Shown: piece after piece, positions 41,318 through 55,070 of the stretch
Layout: each line of letters starts with the position of its first letter
Position numbering within the stretch: position 1 is the first letter of the stretch
Source: Octopus bimaculoides
Taxonomy: Eukaryota
Direction of reading: 5' to 3'
Length of the DNA stretch: 64,000 bases
Assembly: GCF_001194135.2 (NCBI RefSeq)
Contig: NC_068982.1
Coordinates: forward strand, 49,802,630-49,866,629
Program-made: the position numbers and the translations under genes
Notes under the pieces: generated by a model
Database searches by the model: none
What the model was told of the DNA's origin: nothing
Seen by the model: the letters and a program-made list of their open reading frames with translations, nothing else

Positions 41318-41546
41318 CTGAAATAAGAAAAGAAAATACCATTTACCCTGTTAAAATGCATTACTCAGTCCAGAATGAGATTTTAATGGATGTTTTAACT
41401 GTTACACATCCAACAACAGAGATGTAACAGTTACATGTTACTGATAGATGTAACAGATGCTGTGATGATTATTATCGGTAGCTGGTTAATAAGGACCTTG
41501 CGGGTTGATGAGGTAGGCACCAAAATGATTTGTGAGAAGGATAAAA

Positions 41547-42091
41547 GGATCTTTTTTAAAACGGGGGCCACATTTTTCATTAACGAAACACTTTGAAACT
41601 TGGAACACTGGTAGAATGTGTCATATAAAACATCTTTTTCTCTTAGTCTTCTTAAAAAAAAAAGAAATCCCTAAGTTATTCCATGTTAAAGTTGTCGTAT
41701 TTCTGTAATTTCAACCAATCACTGACGTCCATTCAGCCGATATACATTAAGTGCCGACTACATAAACAAACGATTCTGAAACAATTCTATCGGTGATAGG
41801 GTTAGGGTAAAACAGCAAATTTAAAAAGAAAAAAGCAAATAAAACGAAGAAAAAAAAAGGAAAATGAAAAAAGCAAATTTAAAATGAAAAAAGCAAATAA
41901 AATGAAGCTATGGCTTAATCAGCCAAAGGAGTAAATGTAAACAACTGAATACTTGTCAGTGATTGGTTGAAATTATCTAAATAAGACAATTTTTTACATG
42001 AAATAAATTTGAATACAAAAATATTTTTCTGTACCAAAAACACTATGTGAAACATTAATGAAAAATGTGGCCCCCGTTTTAAAAAAGATCC
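41547..42091. mobile_element. Young MITE with perfect 37-bp TIRs and 8-bp TSD (Merlin-like or hAT-like)
   Basis: TIR ggatcttttttaaaacgggggccacatttttcattaa at 41547-41583 and its exact reverse complement at 42055-42091. TSD GGATAAAA at 41539-41546 and 42092-42099. Internal IR atttcaaccaatcactgac. Confidence 0.9.
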
Positions 42092-43372
42092 GGATAAAAT
42101 AACTTCTTACAAATTTTATTTATCCATCACAATTTGTCTCATTGTCTCATTATCAACAGTGTACAGAGTTGGTAACAGTCGGTTGTTTCCTAGTGTTAAA
42201 GTAAAAATAAACTGAGAGTCAACCTAATACATTCATTGTGTATGTTCTTTTGACTTCTGCAACTTTTAAGGTAATGTTTGTGTCAGAAGTGGATGCTAGA
42301 AAGAGATAGGCAAGTGATATCCAAGAGGGAAAACAAACTGTCCCATGAAATCTTCACTAACTAGCTACCAATATTAATCACTACTGCAGCTGTTACATCA
42401 ATCAGTGACATAGAACTGTTGCATTTGGTGTCCCACTGCCAAAGTGATTAACAGTTATATCTCACTGATATCACATATGAGAGGAAGACATTTATTTACT
42501 GAAGAAATATTTTAGAACTTTAAAACCCAACATTGAACATAATTACTAGATAAAAAAAAAGGCATTAGCATCAATAAAAAATTTTACATGAGAAAGAGGG
42601 GGGGGAGAGAGAGAGACAGGAGAGAGATAGACAGAGACAACGTGAATCTATGAACTAGAGAAAATAAGCAAAACCAAAAGTCATAACTTTCAGAAGTTAA
42701 TTCTATACAATTTGTAAGGAGGAAAAGGAATTTTCAAATCTGGATAAATCAAAACAAATGCTTTACTTGTTTCAGTCATCAGACAGTAGCCATGCTGGGG
42801 CATTGCCTCAAAGGGTTTAGTTGAACAAATTGACTCCAGTACTTGTTCTTTTTTTTTTAAGCATGGTACTCATTCTAGCGGTCTTTTTTACCAAACTGCT
42901 AAGTTATGAGGATGTAAACAAATTAACACCAGTTGTTATGTGATAGTGGGAGACAGATACAACACAAACACACACACAGATTTATATATTTATTGCGGTC
43001 ACTTCAGCCATGTAACCGCATGTGTTTTTCTTGGATTATACTTTTCTTTTTCTCTAGAACTTTCCTCTTTCTGATGAAGGTTTCATACTCAAAACATCAC
43101 ACACAAACATCACAACTGGAGTCTGGACAGCTCCTGTCAAACCATCCAACTGATGTTAGCATGGGAAACGGATATTAAATGATGGTGATGCTGATGATAA
43201 TGACACACATGACAAGCATCTTTCAGTTTCTGTCTACCAAAATCCCTCCCAAGAACTTGGTTGGCCCAGGGCTATAGTACAAGACACTTGCCCAAGATGC
43301 CACACAGTGGGGCAGAACCTGAAAGCATGTAGTTGTGAAGCAAACTTAATACCACACAGCCATGCCTGCATG

Positions 43373-43432
<60 letters not shown>

Positions 43433-45811
43433 CATGCATGACTGTATGGTATTAAGTTTATACAGATGTATATAACACATGTAATAATCAAATTAAATAA
43501 TATGCATCTTATTGTGTTGTATTGCATAGGTGATCCTCTGGTCTGTGGAAAAATTGTCTTCGATGAAATGATTCCATGGTGTAAAAAAAAAAAAAACGGA
43601 TGGGGGTCTGCTGCTCTAGAGTCGATAAAATATTTAGTACAAAGTATACTGGAATTGATTCATTTGACTATATCCTTCTGCTTGGAAATGTATGGTCTTG
43701 TACCAATGGAAGAAATCAATATTAGACTTCAATTTCCCTTTTATTTTGAATCACTAGTCTGTTTGTTCAAAGAATTGGTAAGAACTCCTTTTCATTAATA
43801 ATGTAATTATTAACGAAATTAATCCTTTCATGTCAAATTTCTACGTTGATTAGGAACAAAAGTTAAAAACCAATATACCGTAAAGGAAATCAATTTTATT
43901 TTTCCCCACCAAACCTGAATCTGAACAGTTGAAATGAAAGTGATAAAGAAATATAATAATTTTCTCAAATCAAAATTAGAAATAAGACATACCACTAATG
44001 TTATACTTTTGAAGTTTACATTCATGAAGATATATGTACATGTATATATGTGTATATATAGATGGATGGATATTTATATGCACACACACGTGTGTGTGTG
44101 TGTATACATACTTATATACACACACGTGTGTGTGTGTATTCATTCTTAGACAAGAATAGTATTGATCACCATCTGACAATGGCTTGATAAACCAAAACTT
44201 CAAAATCACTGTCAATAGTATTCAGTTGAATAATAAATAAATATGTACTCTCCAAAAGTGTTGAACAATCCTTCAGTTTCATGTCAATTTTTTTTTAATT
44301 ATTATAACTTAACGTGCTGGTGACATGTAAAAGGAATCCATGCCAGTGACCTGTAAGAATACACCCAGAACAGTCTGTAAAGGAGTTGGCATTAGGAAGA
44401 ACATCCAGGTGTAGAGACCAAGCCAAAACAGATGACTTGAGCCTAGTACAGGTCTCTGGCTTACCAGCTCCAGTCAAACTGTGTAACCCATGCAAAGATG
44501 GAAAATGGATGTTAAATAATGATGATGATGATAACATAAAAACAAATATATACATGCGTATGTGCATGCACACACACACACACATTGTTATATTTGAGGA
44601 TGGTCATATTTAGTCAATTAAACACATTCCATTTGGAATAAGCAGAACGAGAGGAGACACATACAATAGAAAGTTGCTGATGAGTTCATAGAATTTGTAA
44701 TAAAAGGGCTTAGACAAAGACATTAAAATAATAATATTAAATAATAAAGCTGAAGTGAAGACCAAACATATAGTTTACATGTTAAATGGCAAAATGTGAC
44801 CATCCCCAAGTATAGCAATATCTATTTCAACACATGATTTCATATCAGGAATCTTGCAGAGCAAATACATAAACACACACACACATGTATATAAGTGCCA
44901 TGGTGAAGAAAACTTAAACGTTTTATCAATTAAACATCACAAGTCAAGACTATTGAAAAGGTTGCAAGACGCAATAAAAATTTTAGGAAAATAAAAATAA
45001 GGAATAAGTGCAAATTTTACCGGTGAGTCTGCTAAATTATAAAGCACAAAAAGAAAATGACTATCCCCAGACACAACAGAATATACTTCAACAAACGAAC
45101 TCACATAAAGAATCTTGCAAACCAAATCCAAAAACGAAACATCACAAATGTTTCTTGAAAATCCCAAAACTAAAATTGTGCATTTTCAAGTAAGAAAACC
45201 TTAGGAAAAAGTTCCAGTTTTTCCATAAGGGCATACTTTCCTTTTATAGAGGTGCTTCATTCCTTAACTAATACTTGATATACATTACTATAATTAAAAA
45301 CTATCTGACTAACCAATAATTCTATAGTAACATGGGACATTGGAAATTATTAGTGTTTATAACAGTAGTATAGCTATTTTAATAACTATATAACAAAAAG
45401 GAATAATATTTTTGTATCACTGTTATATTCAGTGATTAATATATTTCTGTTCTACCATAACTAGAAGTAATTTTAAAACAACCTATATTTTTTTAATCCA
45501 TACAAGAAAATCCCTAAAGATAAGGAATATTTTATTACCTCTTATTACTTAACTTTTAATAACTTGGAGCATCATGTCTAAAGAGATGAATTATTCATTC
45601 CAAAACAGATCCCAACAGATCCAAATATTTACGATGGATTAATTTGGATTAAAAAAAAAAACATTTCTCATTTATTTATTGGATCGACATTTTCAGGCAG
45701 GGTTTGGCTAAGTGGAATATATTACTTCTATGATTACACATACACGTGTGTGGTTGTGTGTGTATCATTGAATATCTATTTTCCATGCTGGCATGTGTGT
45801 ATGTATATATG

Positions 45812-45845
<34 letters not shown>

Positions 45846-46947
45846 AAAACAAACACACAGATACATTATATACATATCTATCTATGTGTGTGTGCACTTC
45901 ACCAACATTAAACTTCTCATGAAATATTGTGCTTATCTCCAATAGAATGCAACAGGAAAAATTACTCAATGGAATGCTTGAGGGAGGAAAAAGTAATAAC
46001 CAATATGAAATGAAAATGAGTAATAGAAGGTTAACGCTATCCACAACTGGAGCATGCAGACATCCCTAGTGACACAAAATTGAAAACTACAGCTATATTC
46101 TTCACTTTTATATTCAAGCCAAATTAAAAGTTAGCAGTGCAGTGAAGTAAAAATCACAGGACCACTGGGACTCTAGAATCCAGCAATACCAATCAATGAA
46201 GGAATGATTGACATTTTATATATATATATATCCATCTTATTATAGTGTTTGTGGTGAAAAAACTTATCCATGTGAACACTAAATATTTAGCTCTATACAA
46301 TTTTTTTTTTTTTATCTTCCTTAGGATTTAGTCAAAACCTGTAATAGAGTTCTACATATTCGTTGTATTTGTGTAGATATTGATATAAGAAAAGGTTAAG
46401 AAAAAAAATAATAACAGCGAATGTTAAGTCTGCTCTGTAATAAAGTATGGTTGTCAATGACAGAAGTAATCAAGTCAACAACAGATTATGTGACAAGTAA
46501 CGTAACTGAGAGCAGAAAATTAAATCATTGTCAGTTCTTCATCCCATATTTCTGTTGCAAAACTCTAATAAATTTAAGCCTGAATTTAAGCAGCATTCTA
46601 CAGGCCTCACCTAATACCGCACTGATAGACACTGAAATACAAAAGAGACATTACAAAAGCTATGTGTATGCAAATGCACGATAATATGGCAATTAAGACC
46701 CTTGGTCATGCCATGGTGTTCAATACATTAATGTCACCATTTTTGATGGGTTCCATCAAGAGTGGTAGTACATAAGCCTGGTTTTTGAGATTAGTCAGAG
46801 ATATAGTTAAACAGCACCTGAAGCCGTTGATAAAATGACTGAATGTTGACTTAAGATGTAAGTAGGATTTTTACTGTAAAGAAGCCAACTTGATTGTAAA
46901 TATCAAGCTTAAGGATAAGAACTTTTAACATTAGATGTGAAATACTT

Positions 46948-47165
46948 AACCCTTTGGCATTTAAACTGGCCATACATAAGCCCAAATATTCTATCTGTTT
47001 TATGCTCAAATTAACTAGATTCTCAGTTACCTTACAATGTCATTCTCAAAATAAACAACTACATCACTGAAATCTCAAAGCTACAAAATAATGCATGATT
47101 AACTCAAAACAATGCGAATAAATAAGCATTACATTTGATAGAGTAATATGAATGCTAAGGAGTTG
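46948..47165 (+). mobile_element. TTAA-type MITE family 2
   Basis: ttaaccctttggcatttaaactggcc...taatgcatgattaa...aatgctaagg. Copies at 25589-25815, inverted at 21745-21995, and fragments at 55665-55745 and 59330-59470. Confidence 0.7.
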
Positions 47166-47799
47166 AATGGGAAATTATGCTATTCATCTATTATAATACT
47201 ATAATAGATTTCATATATAACAAAATAATGACCTTGTTGTTAAGCTGTCTGGTTGCTGAGGAAAATCTATGAGTTTAATCCCAGGAAAACCTAAGACTTG
47301 TTAATTAAGAGTGCAGGGCTTAGTTGTGTGGTTAAGAAGTTTTCCTTGCAATCACATGGCTGATATTAGAGCTTATTGTATGCCATCTTGGCCATATGTC
47401 TTCTACTATAGCGTAAGGGCTAACTATTGCCTTGTGAGTAGTGTTTGAAAAGCAAAAACTGTGGAGAATTCTGTTGCGCATGTGCGTGCACGTGCATGCA
47501 TGTGTGCGTGTGTGTATGCATGCTTGTACACTTTTCCTGATGGATATTGCTGTAAACAATAAATGTCAGCAAGAAAACCAATAAACAAGTACTTCCAAAA
47601 AGGAAGTAATATGGTACTTGTTATCTCCAACTTGTACTGATGTACCTCTGTTACTTTCATACCAAATACTGTGTACCAGTAATTAGTCCATTAGAAAAAC
47701 ATAACCAATGACACTGTTGTTCACAAAATGCAATCACCTCAATAATCATTGTTATTTTATTTGCTTGATTCTAAGATTTGCTTCCACATTTGGAATTTC

Positions 47800-48220
47800 T
47801 TCTCTAAATATTTGACAGATTCAGCTACGAAAACCAGGTTATTTTGGCATTCAAAAATTTCCAGAGACAACCAGTTTTAAATTCCTTCATTATGGCCTGA
47901 ACTACTACAATAATCAGGAAAGGGATTAAGAATTGTTCCCTGGTGGACACTTAACCAACACAATAAATCTCTTGATGAACTCGTTGCTAATTTTCATTTT
48001 GCTAAGGTAATTCAGTGCACAGCGTGTTTTCCCTCCATGAGCAATTCATCTAAATACCTAATTATCTCTAGACTAGACAATGTAGTACTCTGTCAAATGC
48101 CTTCTTCATATCAACATATTTTAGGCATCGTGACTTGCACTGAGCAAAGAACTTTTCCTGTAGTTGTACCACTAAGAAAAGAATACTGATAGAATTCCAT
48201 CCTGTCATAAATCTGAAATA
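47800..48220 (-). mobile_element. Decayed RTE-clade LINE reverse transcriptase fragment
   Basis: Minus-strand pieces QLQEKFFAQCKS, VDMKKAFDRV, VHQGTILNPFLII, QAIMKEFKTGCLWKFL, NLVFVAES, with stops and frameshifts. Confidence 0.8.
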
Positions 48221-49694
48221 CAATCCTCATCTAAGCTAATTATGTTCCTAATCAGTTGCACTAAAACACTTTCTGATATTTTTGTCTGAGGCACCTGTAG
48301 TTGCTTTCTTTTTAACCCTTTGCTTATCCTGTATCAAATGTGATGCACAGGTCATATTTCCCTAATATCCATACATCATATATGATACACTTTCCCACTT
48401 TTTTTTCAACTACCAAGGTAACTTAGGACTTATAAATGGAAAACATTATATTATTCAGAGCATACGAAACAAGGACTAACTAAAAGTCCAAAAACAAGGA
48501 AGGACATTTAGGAGAAACACATGAAAGTGCTTTGGAATAAAGGGTTAAGAGCATTTCTTCTGTCTTTGTAGCAGTTGCTGACAATGCTACTATGCAGCTC
48601 AGGCATGTGACACTTCCCTGTGCTACTTGTCTGAATATGAAACTAATGTGTTCCCTATCTTACCAAATATCTTCAACATTCCAACAACAAGTGTATGTTC
48701 TAGCAATTTTAATGACTGAAATTCCTAGAATGATTTCAACAAAACAATGAATATTCCAAACAAATGAGCCAACAAGGGAGCCTCTACAAGGTGGCTTGAT
48801 CTGCTAGAAATATCAGGGAAATATCACATACTACTGTCTTTGAAAACATGAAGGATTTATTGGCACAGGGCTCCTGCAGGCCAGTCCTCTTCATTGAGTG
48901 GCAGGGAATAGCATTAACACTTCTGCTGTGGAAGACAGGTAATGCATACAAAAATTATAATACCCATAGAATAGACAATGTTTTGGTTTTAAAACAAAAG
49001 GCCCAAACAATAAGCATCATCACCATCATCATCATCAGTGTTGTAATGTTCACATTTCTATTCTTGCATGGATCAAGTGTAATTCATGGAGGCAGATATT
49101 CTATATTTAGATACCTATCTATTTCCCCATGATCAGACATGTTTTCACAGAAGTTTGAAAATGAATGGCACCACTTTGCATGACAATGATACTTATTTAC
49201 AGCTATCATCTGATGTCTAGACAAGGATGCACAAACATACACACACTCATACAGACACTCCCTCACACACATCTACGACAAGCTTCTTACAGCTTCCATC
49301 TACCAAATCAACTCACAAGGCTTTGGTCAGCCTGAGCTATAGTAGGAAACACTAGTTTGAGGTGCTACACAGTGGAACTGAACCTAAAATTGTGTAGTTT
49401 CAAAACAAACTCCTTAACTACTTAGCCATACCTCTGCCTACCTAAAACAATGTGGTTGGGGAGCAAATGTCTTGACTACACAGCCATGTTTGCAACCTAA
49501 CAATAAACAATGGAAACAAAATTCATGCTTTTAATTACACTTTCAATTAAGATAGTAAACAGGCTAACGAGCTTCAAAAATAGCAGGGACTGCAAGACTG
49601 CAAGATATTTGTCTGAAAGTTATTAGAATAGTCGTGACACATGCTAATCAGACCTACATGTTCACCTTACTACTTAAAGTATTCACACCAAGAT

Positions 49695-49780
49695 GACCAG
49701 TTAAGAGGAGGTGATATGGCAAGTTATAAAAGAAAACGACCAGTTAAGAGGAGGTGATATGGCAAGTTATAAAAGAAAAC
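49695..49780. repeat. Perfect 43-bp tandem duplication
   Basis: gaccagttaagaggaggtgatatggcaagttataaaagaaaac occurs twice, 49695-49737 and 49738-49780. Confidence 0.97.
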
Positions 49781-50416
49781 TGTAATATATTTTAACTCTT
49801 TAAAACAATAACCAGCACTATCATGATTGATCTTAATTATCTATAAGCTGAGTATTTTAAAATTCTTAAACCAGTTTCTTTCTTTTATTTTTTTGGGATG
49901 TTGTTGAAATATACATAATGTCTAAGACAAGAATATTTAATGAATTCAGTAATAACTGATAGATAATTGTATCATTTGAAGAAAGGTTATACGTATCGAA
50001 CTAGAACAGCAAACCACAAAATGTGGCTGTGTGGTTAAAAAGCTTGCTTCCCAACCATGCGATCTTGTGATCTTGAGTTGAATCCCACAGCATGGCATCT
50101 TGAGCAAGTCTTCTACTATAGCCCCAGACTCCACCAAAGCCTTGTGAGTGGATTTGGTAGACAGAAACTGAAAGAAGCCCATCATAACTTCCTCTATACA
50201 GATTAATATGTGTTTCAAAAACTGAACAATGAAAGTGCTTATACAGATTATGAAAACTTCATTGAAGAAAGGTTTCTGTCTATTTGTTTAACAAAATCTT
50301 TTTAAAATAGTTAATATCATTTAAGAAAATATATTTTTAAACATTGTAATGTACCAAAAATTCTTTGCCAAAAGTCATGCATGGATACATACATACATAC
50401 ATACATACATACATAA

Positions 50417-50570
50417 GGATAGAGATGCGGGAAAAGCCGTAAAATGTGACAACCGATGCAGACTTTGCAGAGTTCATGCTAAAGATATCACCCACATCAT
50501 AAGCAGTTGTCTGAAAATGTCATCACAGTATTGTCTACCGACAAGACATGACATTGTAGCTAGGTCACAG
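50417..50570 (+). mobile_element. RLE-type (R4/Dong/NeSL-like) non-LTR retrotransposon CCHC zinc knuckle remnant
   Basis: CDNRCRLCRVHAKDITHIISSCLKMSSQYCLPTRHDIVAR contains CX2CX7HX4C followed by RHD.VA. Confidence 0.8.
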
Positions 50571-51839
50571 TCTAATGAAATCCCTGGGATATGTAACACA
50601 CTGTCTAAATACCAATCTTGAGAAATTAGGCTTCTCAAAACCGGAAAGGAGAAAGCTAATTCAAAGACTACAGATCAAATCCATCACTGGAACTGTAAAA
50701 ATCTGTAAAACTTTCCAGAAGTTTATCATTTAAATATATATGAGCATGTCTAGATATGTAACTATACGGATGAGAATACATACATAAAACATACAAATCT
50801 GCATATACATACATACATACATATATACATACATACATACCCTGTTGTTGACGTTGAAATTCCAATGAAGGAACTTTGGATCTAGTTTAGAAACCAATTC
50901 TTTCTCTATTGGCAAGAAATCTTGAAATAAACTGAATAGTGACATACATACATACATAAATAAATACATACACACACATATATATGTATGTATGTGTGTG
51001 TGTGTGTGTGTGTGTAAGTGCCCTTCTCTAAACATCATATTGTGGCTGTAAATAAGCATCAACATCATACATGCAAGATTATTCATTCTTCTGTGGAAAG
51101 CATATTTGTGTACAGGAAAATGTTATCTTTCTTGGAAATAGGTGGTAGGGTGGCAACAGGAAGGGAATCTGGTCTAAACAAATTCCAACTGACTCATGCA
51201 AGCATGGAAAAGCAAATTAGATGATGATAATGATGATGAAAAGTAAAGAGTAATACACCACAAGCTGCTTTTTTTTTTAAATGCATCAGTATAATTCATC
51301 CAATTTAAGAAATGATATGCTAAGGGTTAGCTATGAAAATCAAGCAACACACACACACAAACATACCACATACACATACCTCTGCAAGAGACCTGGGATA
51401 TTCTGTAACGGTCATGGGTACTTTCTCTCCTTATATAACTATCTTATGAAACAAAAAAACATACACACAAAGCAACTCTAACTACATGTACTAAGATAGA
51501 TACACATACAGAGTTTAAAACATATAAAATGGTGCATATATCAACTGAGAGTAAGCTGAAAGGTTAAACACAGAGAGAGAGCCAGAAAGATAACAATGAG
51601 ACATAGAATAAAGCTCCTGGAGAAAGAACATTTAAGTTGTTTGAGGGACAAGTAATTAACAATATAAACTTACTCATGTCTCAGTAAACATGCTGAATAC
51701 ATTGTGAAAACAAAAAATATCCTGAAGTGAAGAATGCACTAATGAATAATGGAGCCACAAGTTGGGTGATGCTCCACAAAGTTGTAACATAGGCAGAGAG
51801 AGACGAATGAATCCTTACGTTGCCAGTACAAAACACATA

Positions 51840-51905
51840 AATAAAATGAATAAAATAGAAAGTAAAATAAAATAAAAATAAAATAAAATAAAATAAAATG
51901 AAATA
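51840..51905. repeat. (AAAAT)n pentanucleotide repeat
   Basis: Read directly. Confidence 0.9.
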
Positions 51906-52052
51906 ATCAGCTGCTAAGTTACTCTAACGACATGCCATCGTCAAGATAAATTTTAGCCGAGCAGTCAGCAGATTATTTTGTTATTATTGAGTGGTAAGAA
52001 AGCTGTGACCACAAACACATGTTACCTACTTGAAGTTAAACTGACCAAAACA

Positions 52053-52087
<35 letters not shown>

Positions 52088-52889
52088 CATTATTGTTGCT
52101 GTTGTTGTTGTTGTAATTTCTTTTAGAATTAATAATATCCTCATCATTTGTAATAGAAAGTCTTTAATGGATACCAGAAGATGAGACAAAATGCAACGGA
52201 TAAAGTGTTGGTAGTGAAGACGATCACAATGACAACGGTGGCAAGTACATACGATGATGACGACGAGGATGATGGTGATGGTTTACGAGGATGAGAGTAA
52301 CAATTAAGAGGACAAAAGCAAAAGAGAGAAATAATAATCTCTTTTATACTACAACTGGTTTTAAGCGATCAAAGACACACTAGATCACTTTCAACCATAA
52401 CACAAAAGAGATTAAAGCAGAATCAATTTTTGCAGTAAATTCCCCTAAAGACAAAATAGAAAATTAGTCAGTGCAGTAGACTTTGATTCAGCAGGTGACA
52501 TAATTAAAAATAACATTTATAATCAATAATCAAAGTAAATACAAAACCAAATGGTACTTTGGTAGCCATTTATTGACCCTCTCGCCTCTCTCTCTCTCAC
52601 TTTGTTGGTAAGCATCAGATACATTTTATGGATATTGGACTTAGTTAAAATATGCTTAAGTTTTTAGTTTTCTGATAAGAATAGCAATAAATGAATAATA
52701 ATTTCTATAATGTCCAGTGCTCCATCATTGGTTTCTGATATATAGAGGTACCCAGTGCACCACAATTCAGTCATCTTATCTAGAAGAGTTCATTCAAGTC
52801 TTATACAAGTACATTTTTCATGGGTTTTGACTGATAATATGTCTAGTGAGAGTATATTTAGTTACTAACAGAACATGTTCACTCTCTAT

Positions 52890-52928
<39 letters not shown>

Positions 52929-53097
52929 TATATATAATCTATGTGCACCTCATGGTCATGATGTAGATATTTAGATGTTGTTCCGGCATTCAGCAGTCAG
53001 TAATACCAGTGATAGCCAATATCTTTCTCAGCTTGCATTATCATACTCACATTTCACTGCTATTTTACAAATTTGTTAAATCAATGGGAAGAGATTC

Positions 53098-53275
53098 TTT
53101 TCTACTCTAGGCACAAGGCCCGAAATTTTGGGGCAGGAGGCCAGTCAATTAGATGGACCCTATTACACAACTGGTACTTAATTTATCGACCCCCAAAAGG
53201 ATGAACGGCAAAATTGACCTTGGCAGAATTTGAGCTCAGAACACAAAGACAGATGGAATACAGCTAAGCATTTTC
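53098..53275 (-). mobile_element. tRNA-derived SINE (OR1-like)
   Basis: ctaggcacaaggcccgaaatttt...ggtacttaatttatcgacccc...gctaagcattt body. Confidence 0.8.
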
Positions 53276-53639
53276 CCTTATCAATGGGAAGAGATTGTGC
53301 CCATGTGTAAGGCAGGTGAGACTGATGAGGGCGATGCTCATCATGAATAACATCAAATCAATGGTTAAAGGAAACAGGGATGTGTAGGAAATTACAGAGA
53401 GAAACAGCAGCTAAATCTCCCTCAAATAATATTCTATCACCATTAAAAAGAAAACAGGCATGTTGGTTAATGTGGTCTTCACCTGTTTCCAGCCCAATGG
53501 TACAAGATGGGTTGATCATAGCTGGTTTGCCTATCAGCTAGGGCTGGCATACCTCTAAGCATCATATTACTCTCTCTATATATGTGTGTGTGTGTATGCA
53601 TATGTGTATGTACATACATCTACATATGTGTACACACAT

Positions 53640-53962
53640 CTTAAGTAGCTTGCTTACCAGCCACATGGTTCTGGGTTCAGTCCCACTGCATGGCACCTGG
53701 GGCAAGTGTCTTCTACTATAGCCTTGGGCCAACCAAAGCCTTGAGAGTGGATTTGGTAGACGGAAACTGAAAGAAGCCCGTTGTGTGTATATATACATGT
53801 GTGTGTGTGTGTGTGTACTGGTGTGTTTACGTCCCTGTAACTTAGCAGTTCGGCAAAAGACACCGATAGAATAAGTACTAGGTTTACAAAGGGGTCAATT
53901 TGCTAGACTAAAGGCAGTGCTACAGCATGGCCACAGTCAAATGACTGAAACAAGTAAAAAGG

Positions 53963-53965
<3 letters not shown>
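53640..53965 (+). mobile_element. Abundant Octopus SINE (head, (TG)n, tail)
   Basis: ccacatggttctgggttcagtcccactgc...ggaaactgaaagaagccc-(TG)n-...gtcaaatgactgaaacaag. Confidence 0.85.
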
Positions 53966-54005
<40 letters not shown>

Positions 54006-54689
54006 TTATTATTAAGGCTGCAAAAATATCACAAAGACTGCTACAGAATTGTGATAGTTTTGTGATGTTTTTACAGCTTTAATATTAAAGCATATTACTC
54101 TATATCCAGTATTCAAGTACTGTTTTTTCCCACCTTGTTTCACATTTATGTGCTTACTTTGGTGTGTATACACACACACACACACACACGCACGCACACA
54201 TATGTTCTTTTAACTGTTATCTGCTTCATTATTCAGTCCATGTCTTCATGTCCTCTCCAATATTTTGTTCTCTTCTAAGAAAAAGTATTCGGATTTTATT
54301 TAGGGAGGTGAGGAAGTATAACATTGATGGAAAATTTACAAAACCTGACTAGGATATAAATCAAGATATATTGTACAATTTTTTCTTCTTTTCATTTTCC
54401 TATCATCTCCAATTATGTAGTCTTGGAGTGAAATAATACTTATTTCACAGTTAGACAAGCTAAAGCAGATAAATTATCTTGGCCTAAGACTATATGTTTT
54501 CTTAAATCAAGGTATTTCACTTGAGATATTTGGAATAATTTATTACATTATTTAACCTCATCCCTCAAAACATCAGAATACAAAACAGGGTCAGTAGTAC
54601 TTGATTCACTAACTAAACCCGTTTCTTCTTATTTAATTCTTCTGTATTCATAGTTGCATACAGAAGTGCCAATCATTTAAAGTGGATGG

Positions 54690-55070
54690 AACTTGTGGAG
54701 AAGGAGACCTAGAAAGACACGGGACAAAGTATTGAAGGCCAATCTCAAGACACTGAGCCCTTATGAAGTCGGTGACTAAGGACCAAAATACCTGGTGCAC
54801 TGGCATACTCAAGAAGACCTGTCCACCACAACAGAATTGATACTAGTGTCGGTGCCACATAAAAAGCATCTATGCTGGTGTCACATTAAAAATACTGGTG
54901 CTAGTGCCACATAAAAAAACACCCAGTACACTCTGTGAAGGGGGTTGACAATATGAAGGGCATCCAGCCATAGAGACGATCCAACCCATGCCAGCGTGGA
55001 AAACAGACATTAAATGATGATGATGATGATAATGATGATGATGATGATAATGATGATGGTGGTGATTGTC
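54690..55070 (+). mobile_element. Octopus SINE-like repeat with (GAT)n tail (OK-like)
   Basis: gtgccacataaaa.gca...gggcatccagcc...ccatgccagc.tggaaa...(gat)n. Other copies at about 14330-14560, 22420-22685, 26020-26440, 32195-32400, 35770-35970, 38560-38790, 44315-44535 and 51040-51240. Confidence 0.75.

Noticed and set aside
53323-53345. CTGATGA hammerhead-like start (also 44678, 42776, 23987, 12986, 4448, 1751)
   Set aside because: No correctly placed GAAA, or no pairable stem II or III.
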